Of a stretch of 64,000 nucleotides of DNA, positions 54,291 to 61,772 are shown piece by piece. The notes beneath the pieces are model-generated. The model had not been told where the DNA came from. It made no database searches and was given only the letters and a program-made list of their open reading frames with translations. The DNA lies in assembly GCA_963797475.1 (NCBI GenBank), contig CAWCPR010000012.1:219195-283194 (forward strand), given 5' to 3'. The DNA is from an uncultured Chloroflexia bacterium (GTDB lineage: Bacteria > Chloroflexota > Anaerolineae > Anaerolineales > UBA4823). Every line of letters starts with the position of its first letter. Position 1 is the stretch's first letter. Both the position numbers and the translations under genes were made by a program.

Positions 54291-55376
54291 CTACCTGACC
54301 ATGAACGGTATGTATCGTTCCACTTCTCCCAGGATCACCCTCGCCATCAGGTAAGCCTGCAGCTCGAAGATCCTCCGGTAGCTGGTTTGTTCGCCTGTCG
54401 CGGGATACAGAATCTGTTCGTTCACCCGGGCTTCATACAGGCCGATAAACCGCTTTCGGGCTGCTTCTTTGAGGTAGATGGGACGCATCTCTTGATCTTG
54501 AGCAGAGGGTTGCTGCTCCCTTTTCGTTGGAGCATTGTCCTCGCTGTCATCGTCATCCTCGTTGCTGCGACGGCGGGGCTGGCCCACCTCGAAATCTCTG
54601 AGCGAGAAGAATGGCCGGTTCGCGGCGGTCAGAATAATGGAGTCCACGATGATCGGGCGAAACTCTTCCTCCAGGTCGAGCGCCATCGACGGTTTGTTGT
54701 AATCGATGGCGTGGAAGAATCCCAGGTCCGGGTCCAGGCCGGCTACCTGGCAGGCAGCAACCAAGTCATTGAGCAGGAGGGTGTAGCCGAAAGAAAGCAG
54801 AGCGTTAATCGGGTCAGTCGGCGGATAGTAGGCGCGCCGCTCAAACCCCCAGGAATTCCCATCGGCAGGGGGCCGCAGGATTTTTCGCATCAGCCCGAAA
54901 TATTCTTTTGCCGCCAGCCCTTCGCGCCCCCGCAGATCATCCAGATTTTGGGATGTTTCCACTTGCCGGCGCATGGAGTCCATGGTAGCCAGCGCGTTAC
55001 GCGCCCAGAGGGCCCCTTCGGCGTGGCGCTGCACCAACACGCGCTGGTTGTTCACCTTCCCGCTGACAATGGCCTGGGCAATCGCCATCGCCCTGGCAGG
55101 GTCATTCACGGCCAGCGCCTGGGTCATTCGCAAGCGGCTGTGGCGGTGTTCCCGTCCCAGCACACGCATCCCTTGTGTAAAAATCACGGGCACCCGCCGC
55201 CGGGTGAGCGCGAACAGGGTGGGGACGGTGATATTGACCCCTGTGCCCATCACCACCACCCGGTCCACCTTGATCATCGGGATGTCCTGGAGAACTTCCT
55301 GGCCGCGCTTCACAACCAGCCGCTGGCCTTGCTTGTGGACCTGAACCCCGGTTTCCATCACATACAAAGTGGCCAT
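54291..55376 (-). CDS. cas1: CRISPR-associated endonuclease Cas1
   Basis: MATLYV (AGGAGG RBS), LRGREG, PPTDPINALLSFGY, GFFH, LDLEEEFRP. Confidence 0.97.
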   Translation of the reverse strand: MATLYVMETGVQVHKQGQRLVVKRGQEVLQDIPMIKVDRVVVMGTGVNITVPTLFALTRRRVPVIFTQGMRVLGREHRHSRLRMTQALAVNDPARAMAIAQAIVSGKVNNQRVLVQRHAEGALWARNALATMDSMRRQVETSQNLDDLRGREGLAAKEYFGLMRKILRPPADGNSWGFERRAYYPPTDPINALLSFGYTLLLNDLVAACQVAGLDPDLGFFHAIDYNKPSMALDLEEEFRPIIVDSIILTAANRPFFSLRDFEVGQPRRRSNEDDDDSEDNAPTKREQQPSAQDQEMRPIYLKEAARKRFIGLYEARVNEQILYPATGEQTSYRRIFELQAYLMARVILGEVERYIPFMVR

Positions 55377-55390
55377 CTTCGCCTCCTTCT

Positions 55391-56758
55391 CTACTCGACT
55401 ACATACCCCAGCCATTCAAGCCTGTCGGCTGGAGAGAGGATCCGCGTCTTCTCTGCATTGACTTTGAGGCGGATTTGCGCCAGGGCCGCGATGGACTCGT
55501 TATAGGCCTTCTCCGCCGCGCTTTGTTCCGGGCACAGAATAACCCAGTCATCGGCAAACCGCACCAGCCGGAACCCGGCTTTGGTTACGGAAACGTCGAA
55601 AGAGTGCAGATAAATATTCGCCAGCAGAGGGGAAAGCGGGCTTCCCTGCAACACCCCCACCTGAGTGGGAGCCACGTTTCGATAGAGGAGGTAAGCAGTA
55701 ACCGCGACCCCGGCCGCCGCGCCAGCCGCGCCTCCGCCGGCCAGTAAACCTTTTTTGAGAATTTCACGGCCTGCAGGGGTCTTCAGCGCAGCGACCGCGG
55801 CAGTGCCTGCTCGGACCAGGGAACGTTTTGCCCAGCTCGTTCCCAGGAGCAGGCCGCCCGCAGCCACCTGCTGCACAGCCCTTTGCTGCAGGGCGCGGCG
55901 CTCCAGTTCATCTTCACCTGTTCGCCGGTAGAAACCTTCTTCTTCCCCATCTGGTTCCTGATCGGTCTCCTCGAAAGTTCCGGAGTAGTAAGCGCCTGCA
56001 GGTTGATAAGAGGCTGGTTCATACCGCGCCTCAGAGTATGGGCCATATTGGCCTTGGTCGAATTGCTCCTGGCTAAACGTGTTCAGCGCCCAACCAATCC
56101 CCTGTTTGACGCGGTTGGAAGCCTTTTCCCATTCCTGCGATAGCCAACCGGTTTTCTCATCCACCGTTCCTCCAGGCGGCATTCCATGCTCCAACACGCC
56201 AGCGTCCAGCCATTTCTGCAGCAGATCCACCACCCGGCCATCGTTGATTCGCTTCTCGATCCTGCGGACCAATAAGCGGTGATCCAGGCTGTCGAAGCAA
56301 GAGGCGATATCTCCGTCGACAACCCAACGATAACCAGCCACGCGCAGCCGGCGCGCGCAAATGATGGCATCCAGGGTGGATCGGCCGGGCCTGAACCCGA
56401 AATTGCAGGGTAAGAAACCGGGTTCATACAACGGCTCCATCACCTGCTGGGCAGCCCGTTGAGCCACCCGGTCAGCGACATTGAGCACCGCGATCTGGCG
56501 CATTCCGCCGCTTTTTTTCTTGATGTTGAAAACTCCAGGCGCCTGGGGTTGGTAGCGGCCCTTGATGAGCTGGTGCCTCAAGGCGCTCAGTTGAGCGGGT
56601 AAGTCGCGTTCAAACTCCGCCAGAGTGACGCCATCCGGTCCGGCGCTGCGCATTCGCCGATAGCGGGGTATATTCCCTCGCACAGAGCGCCAGGCTGTGA
56701 GCAGGTTATCTGGTGAAGCCAGTTGGTCGATCAGTTTATCTTGTCCGTCCATAGTCAT
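55391..56758 (-). CDS. stand-alone group-II-like reverse transcriptase linked to cas1, with a large internal insertion
   Basis: SAGPDG, KKSGGMRQI...DRVAQ, FGFRPGRS, VDGDIASCFD, QGSPLSPLLANIYL, RFADD, EWLGY. No thumb/X or En domain after motif 7. Confidence 0.93.
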   Translation of the reverse strand: MTMDGQDKLIDQLASPDNLLTAWRSVRGNIPRYRRMRSAGPDGVTLAEFERDLPAQLSALRHQLIKGRYQPQAPGVFNIKKKSGGMRQIAVLNVADRVAQRAAQQVMEPLYEPGFLPCNFGFRPGRSTLDAIICARRLRVAGYRWVVDGDIASCFDSLDHRLLVRRIEKRINDGRVVDLLQKWLDAGVLEHGMPPGGTVDEKTGWLSQEWEKASNRVKQGIGWALNTFSQEQFDQGQYGPYSEARYEPASYQPAGAYYSGTFEETDQEPDGEEEGFYRRTGEDELERRALQQRAVQQVAAGGLLLGTSWAKRSLVRAGTAAVAALKTPAGREILKKGLLAGGGAAGAAAGVAVTAYLLYRNVAPTQVGVLQGSPLSPLLANIYLHSFDVSVTKAGFRLVRFADDWVILCPEQSAAEKAYNESIAALAQIRLKVNAEKTRILSPADRLEWLGYVVE

Positions 56759-57051
56759 ATCTCCCCATACTTTTTAATCAGGTGTTGATCGAACTCGTCA
56801 TCATCCAATACGGTTACAGGCATGGGCACAGCCGCTAACACCAGGTGCCCGCTGTCCAGGAAGAGCACCCACTTACAGGCGCGTCCAAATGTCAGATCAA
56901 TCAACCTGCCTTCCGCCTTCGCTACCCGGGCTGCACGTCGAACGGGCGCCGAATCCCATCGCCCGGCGGCGAGCACGCGATCCGGCGCTACAAGACCGGC
57001 CTCACCCACTGGCCACAGGTAGGGCGTACGAGATGTTTTTGGTTTGCTCAT
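56755..57051 (-). CDS. RemA / DUF370 family small DNA-binding protein
   Basis: V..DRVLA....SAPVRR....AK.EGRLIDLTFGR......LDSGHLVLA matches the RemA/DUF370 pattern. Confidence 0.78.
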   Translation of the reverse strand: MSKPKTSRTPYLWPVGEAGLVAPDRVLAAGRWDSAPVRRAARVAKAEGRLIDLTFGRACKWVLFLDSGHLVLAAVPMPVTVLDDDEFDQHLIKKYGEI

Positions 57052-57737
57052 GATTGCCTCCAGGTTGAGAAGAATTCCTCGACAATATCTGCATGCTGCT
57101 CTCTAGTTGCTGGCTCGGCTTTTTGATGGTTCCATCCTTCGACTGCTTCAAATGCCAGTGCGTCAGCAAGGCGGTTCTGCTCACGAGATATGTGATGAAA
57201 AGTGACCTTCTCGAAGCGTTCCGTTAATGTACGCAGGCGTGCTTTCGCCTGGCGTAAGCCGGGAGCATGCGCTTCCGCGCGTCCCTGCATCTGATCGACC
57301 ACCACCCTACTATCGCAAAGCACTTCGACTTCCCCGATGTGCTCCTGGTTTTTTATTTGGAGCAAACGCTCCAACGCAAAAATTGCCGCGGCGTACTCGG
57401 CCTCGTTGCAGGTCAAAGAGCCTGCCCGTTGTTGCCACCAGTAACAGATTTTTCCCTGTTCGTCTCGCACAATAGCCGCCAGCCCGCTGGTATGTCGATC
57501 GGGTCGGATCGCGCCGTCGGTGTTGACAATTACTTTCCGGACTGATTTGCGAGATCCCCGGCTACGATGGGATCGCACGCCATTGCCGCCTTTGGCGGGA
57601 ACCCGCGTAGCGGGCAATGGCGCGCCATTTCTTTTGGGTGGATCTTCGGTCGATTGCTGGGTCTTGTTCTTTGGGTGGTTCAATTGATTTCCCTTTTGAT
57701 CGCGTCCGTTGGCTTGAATGCCCCCATTTTCCACCAA
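57048..57737 (-). CDS. ribonuclease HI family protein with a basic, disordered N-terminal extension
   Basis: VNTDGA, NEAEY, CDSRVVVDQM, HISREQNRLADALA: all four acidic catalytic residues are present. Confidence 0.9.
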   Translation of the reverse strand: MVENGGIQANGRDQKGNQLNHPKNKTQQSTEDPPKRNGAPLPATRVPAKGGNGVRSHRSRGSRKSVRKVIVNTDGAIRPDRHTSGLAAIVRDEQGKICYWWQQRAGSLTCNEAEYAAAIFALERLLQIKNQEHIGEVEVLCDSRVVVDQMQGRAEAHAPGLRQAKARLRTLTERFEKVTFHHISREQNRLADALAFEAVEGWNHQKAEPATREQHADIVEEFFSTWRQS

Positions 57738-58161
57738 TTCTGAAGGCCTGCATATCCGACAAAGTAGGATATTTCGTAAAATCCGGCTGTCTCAAATACT
57801 TTCCACTGCAGATCTATGATTATCTCAGCCTATCGAGAGAAATCGCCGGTATAACAGAGGTAACCAAAAAGGAGTGAGAGCCATGGAAGCCAACCGTGAA
57901 GTCCTGGCCCGTTTTGACAGGTTGATCGTCGTGACGATCTGGAAAGTTGTCCTGGAAACCTTGACGCTCCCGCTCGTTATGCTGCTCCTCTATCATTTGC
58001 TCTCCAGGGGCTGAGCAAACCGCCGCTCGTGACCCGTTTTTGGTAAAGCCTCTTTTGGCGGTTTGCTCCGACAAGTCAGAACCTTAAAAATAGAATAGTT
58101 CGTATGCGGTCTGGGTGAAGGATTTGCGTGGAAACTGGCTGCAAAAGAAGGAGGTGTTTGT

Positions 58162-58854
58162 ATGCCGACAGTCGTCGTTTCCTGGAATGGTCAGTGCTGT
58201 AGTGAGACCATTCAGCAGAACTTGCGCTCGAAAATGTTCGAATTGTATGAAGTTTCAGCGCGCTTGTTCAGCGGCTTTTTCCCTGGAACGATCACGAAAA
58301 CGATGTTTGATGGGAGGGTAATTCCAGGGAAGATATTGTTATCTTCCTGTCTGTTCTCGGGCGACCCAATTCCCCCTACCCTTGAAAAAGTGAACGAGGA
58401 CCTGTACGCAACTGGGGAGACAGGTCTCTATGGCGTGCAATTTCCCCTGTTCGATCCCCGCAAATTCAATTCGCTGGCAGTGCTGGCGCACAACGATCAC
58501 TTAAGCTTCGTATTCCTGCGCAGCGCAGATCCCAAACTGGATGGGCGAATGGTCCAGGTGCTGCGCCCACAACGAAGTAAAGACCATTCCCGGGCTCCGG
58601 CGTATGAACACCTGCTCGCAGCTCCGGAGATCGATCTGCGATATTACCTGGAGCGGTGGATGGGGGGATTATTGGGCTGGGTGAAACATTTCTACGTGCC
58701 CAACCTCTCGTATTGGGCCTGGGTCGACAATCCGGGATATGCCGGATATGAGCAGATTTCACCGGATGATCGTCGTTCTCGGGACGAAATATTCTTCTAT
58801 CTACGCGACGCGTTTGAGGAAGAGGCGGAAGCCTGGAAATCCTACAGTCTCTAA
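58162..58854 (+). CDS. hypothetical protein
   Basis: 230-aa ORF with AAGGAGGT RBS, on the opposite strand to the cas genes; no family recognised. Confidence 0.7.
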   Translation: MPTVVVSWNGQCCSETIQQNLRSKMFELYEVSARLFSGFFPGTITKTMFDGRVIPGKILLSSCLFSGDPIPPTLEKVNEDLYATGETGLYGVQFPLFDPRKFNSLAVLAHNDHLSFVFLRSADPKLDGRMVQVLRPQRSKDHSRAPAYEHLLAAPEIDLRYYLERWMGGLLGWVKHFYVPNLSYWAWVDNPGYAGYEQISPDDRRSRDEIFFYLRDAFEEEAEAWKSYSL

Positions 58855-58979
58855 TATCAAAGAAAATCAGGGATGGAAGATGCGCCAGGCGATTGGATGG
58901 AGATCGAAAGCGAGCGCCTGGACCAGCTTGCGCTCGAAGAAAAACGTCAGCGAAATCACGGGACGTAAGGATTATGTTA

Positions 58980-59361
58980 TTATCGATCTCTTCGGGCTCT
59001 CTCGCGTAATTCCTGCAGGTTGATAATTTCGGCAAATCCGAATTGTGAAGGAACAGCATTGGGAATCGGTTTCAGGCGAATAACAGCCGGGAAATATCCC
59101 ATCCGCCCGTGCAGTACGGCTAATAAGACGGAAGCAATCAGACTGTGCGCTGGCGGGTTTATCAGTAAAAGCTGGGTCTGCCAATCCTTGGAAGAGAGAC
59201 CGATCTGGTCGACTAACTCGAGAACCTGCGTCTCAAAAGATTCTTCTTGGTCAAACTTAACCGAGAATTCCAGGAGAGAGCTCAAGCGGTCTTCCAATAA
59301 GCCGCCGGATATCTTCCAGAACTTCTTCTCGCAGGGGGTGTCCGAAGTTTAGCAAAAGCAT
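58980..59361 (-). CDS. csx15: CRISPR-associated protein Csx15 (frameshift near 59275)
   Basis: MLLLNFGHPL in one frame, then LS..DWQT..LLINPP...LHGRMGYFP.VIRL...EIINLQ..RERAR. Confidence 0.85.
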
Positions 59362-59386
59362 ATTTGATCCTACCTCTAAGGATTCA

Positions 59387-60274
59387 TCACCGCGGTGTAA
59401 CTTTTTTCTGCGAACGAGCAGGCAGCGGGCGGGTCTGGCCCATACCAATCGTCGTGTGGTGGCCGGTGCCGCAGTAAAAAGCGAAGCGCGCCAGGTTTTG
59501 TAATACCTGGTCAGCGCCATCCCAGAAAGCGGCAAAATCGCCGCATTGTCTCTTGGGCAACAGGTGGAATCCCGCCACGCCTGTGAAGCCCGTTGCTGCA
59601 CCGCGTGTACCTTCAGCGAATGTCCAGCGATCACTGTTGATACCACCTAACTCAGAGACCATCACACAGGCGTTAGCAAATTCGGGCCATACGGAGTGAA
59701 TCTGCATTGGCTCTGGAGCAAAGGCATTCCATTTCTGCCACCAGCCGCGCAAGATATGGCCGGGGATCGGAAGAGGAATATCGGCACCCTGGGACCGAAA
59801 TGCGGTTGGGGTCACGAACTCCAATCTCACTGACTGTGATGATTGTGTCAGCTCGTACTCCTGCGCCAGGTTCGTGTAACTGCTCTGTCCGGCCCAGGTG
59901 TGCTGGGCCGGGTCCAGCGTCCAGCCCTCCAGGTAGAAGCTCATCTTGTATAAGTCCACTTTCGCCGGGAGGCGGGGCAGTATCTGGCGCAGGACCAGCT
60001 CCGATAGTTCCTTGTTGAACGTAGTGACGCGCAGCCAGCACACCTCCCCCGGTTGGAGCCATTTGCCGGCCGACAGCGGGAGGCCGAGGTGGTCGAGCAG
60101 GGTGGAGACTGTATATGGCTTTGGCCCCTGCCCATCGTGCAGGGCGCTGCCCAGCTCCGGCTTGCTGCGCGTGATCTGCGCCAAGAACCAGGCGTTGGCC
60201 GGTCGCCCCAGCGAGCCAAGGATGGGCGCTGCGTGGCTGGATTTCAAGGAGAGCAGAATCGAAAGTAACATCAT
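59387..60274 (-). CDS. cas6: CRISPR pre-crRNA endoribonuclease Cas6
   Basis: LHD...KPYTVS, EFVTPTAF, GFTG, Gly-rich loop FYCGTGHHTTIGMGQ. Confidence 0.95.
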   Translation of the reverse strand: MMLLSILLSLKSSHAAPILGSLGRPANAWFLAQITRSKPELGSALHDGQGPKPYTVSTLLDHLGLPLSAGKWLQPGEVCWLRVTTFNKELSELVLRQILPRLPAKVDLYKMSFYLEGWTLDPAQHTWAGQSSYTNLAQEYELTQSSQSVRLEFVTPTAFRSQGADIPLPIPGHILRGWWQKWNAFAPEPMQIHSVWPEFANACVMVSELGGINSDRWTFAEGTRGAATGFTGVAGFHLLPKRQCGDFAAFWDGADQVLQNLARFAFYCGTGHHTTIGMGQTRPLPARSQKKVTPR

Positions 60275-61689
60275 TTTTCTTTCAAGATCTGATTCTCACA
60301 AATGTAGCGATAGGTATCTATTAATCCCAATCCTTCAATCAGCTTTGGATCATCCTCCGGCGCCAGGCTCCGTTTCTGCACGAACAGGTCGAACATTTTC
60401 CAGATTTCTTGCATGAACTCGTTCGGACTCTCTCCCTCTTTCCTATGCATTTCGCGATGCCCGTAAAACAAGTCAGCGAGGTCGAAGGAATTTAGGTGGT
60501 CTGGGTTTAATCCCTCTTTGTGACCTTCCTTTCGCCGGGAGGAAAAATTTATCAGGTTGGTAATCTGCTTCCCATACCCCTCCTGGGTCTTAAGATATTT
60601 GGCAACCTCCAGGCTGGCATTGCTGCCTGATATTTCGGGCAGGCGCCGGCCGGCCTTTTGATCATATAACTCGCCCTCTTTAATCCCCTGCGCATCGAAA
60701 ATAAACCGATGATAGGCGCCCGGGTTGTTTAAGCCCAGGTCGGGAATCTCTAAATTGGAATTGAACAGATAGGCAGCCATGGCTGCATCAAAGGTGAAAG
60801 CAGGATGAACCTGCACAAGGAGCCTATATTCGGGATGCGCCTTCATCTCGAACAGCAAGTCTAGGGCTAGCCGCCAGCAGCGATTAAAGGCCTGGCGGGC
60901 AGTATGCGGGCTTACGGTGGCCTGAACCGCTCGTCCATGTGAGAGGGGATTCCTGTATGATTCCTTTAGATCTAACAAATCCTCTTTTAGAACTTGCGTG
61001 ATATAGGGTTGACCTGCGGGGTCGGTAGTAGCATGCAGCGCTTCCACCATTGGGTGCCACTCCGGTTTAGCCGGGCTGATTGGGAGCAGCCGGCGAAAAC
61101 AGTAGCGAATAGTTGCCTCAACTGCTTGAACTGCCAGGCTGATCGCCGGTCGTTCCTGGCCGTATGCCAGAGAGCGGGCTGCATCTCGAAAACAAGTTTG
61201 CGCAATCCGGGGCAGGCGTTCGAAAAAGTTGGCATCCTCCTGATCTGCCTGCCAGCCCTTGTCCTGGTAATAGTGGGCGCTCTCCAGTTCACCAACCCGG
61301 TGCACAAACACCACGCGGTTACGTACTTCCTGTAGATAGCGCTCCTGGAACCGGCGGATTAATTCCTGCAAGGTCTGGTAACAACGCTCCCCCCATTTCT
61401 CGGGAATCTCGGTCTCTCCAGGCCCCTCCTCCAGCTTGCGAGCCAGGTCAGAGAACCCCGGGCTAAGGGCACAAATTCCTGGAAAAGGAAGCAGGCCAGC
61501 GTCATCGAACTGTATCTGCTCCCACTCGAAGGTCTCTCTTCCCCCTGGCTGTTCGTTATCGAGACGCCTGGCAACATCGTGGAGCGCCTGCCTCAATCCT
61601 AAGCTGTGTACAGGGATTTTCTTGTACCGCGCCAAGCCTTTTACCGTCTCATATGTGTCGATGAAGGTTCCAATTCTGGCAGTCTCCAT
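60271..61689 (-). CDS. hypothetical protein with a HEPN (DUF4145-like) domain
   Basis: FRDAARSL..G....AISL...AVEATIR...YRNPLSHG (Rx4H). The ORF extends to 61719; METARIG at 61689 is the likely start. Confidence 0.65.
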   Translation of the reverse strand: METARIGTFIDTYETVKGLARYKKIPVHSLGLRQALHDVARRLDNEQPGGRETFEWEQIQFDDAGLLPFPGICALSPGFSDLARKLEEGPGETEIPEKWGERCYQTLQELIRRFQERYLQEVRNRVVFVHRVGELESAHYYQDKGWQADQEDANFFERLPRIAQTCFRDAARSLAYGQERPAISLAVQAVEATIRYCFRRLLPISPAKPEWHPMVEALHATTDPAGQPYITQVLKEDLLDLKESYRNPLSHGRAVQATVSPHTARQAFNRCWRLALDLLFEMKAHPEYRLLVQVHPAFTFDAAMAAYLFNSNLEIPDLGLNNPGAYHRFIFDAQGIKEGELYDQKAGRRLPEISGSNASLEVAKYLKTQEGYGKQITNLINFSSRRKEGHKEGLNPDHLNSFDLADLFYGHREMHRKEGESPNEFMQEIWKMFDLFVQKRSLAPEDDPKLIEGLGLIDTYRYICENQILKEK

Positions 61690-61722
61690 GAACCACTCTC
61701 CGGGTCGCGGGAAAACCAAAAA

Positions 61723-61760
61723 GGAGGGCTTCCGAAAATCACCCTTTTCGAAAGCCCTCC
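61723..61760 (-). terminator. intrinsic terminator-like hairpin downstream of the RAMP gene
   Basis: GGAGGGCTTTCGAAAA...TTTTCGGAAGCCCTCC followed by a T-run on the minus strand. Confidence 0.65.
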
Positions 61761-61772
61761 CTGGTACTTTCT

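Noticed and set aside
54387-55505. 372-aa plus-strand ORF opposite cas1
   Set aside because: Antisense shadow of a GC-rich gene with no recognisable motifs.
54291-56758. Possible frameshifted RT-Cas1 fusion
   Set aside because: The RT ends cleanly after motif 7 and cas1 has its own AGGAGG RBS and a canonical MATLYV start, so two genes is the better reading. Given the indel rate this merits a read check.
55391-56758. Group II intron, retron or DGR interpretation of the RT
   Set aside because: There is no maturase X or En domain, no room for an intron RNA or msr-msd (genes overlap or abut on both sides), and no TR/VR pair was seen.
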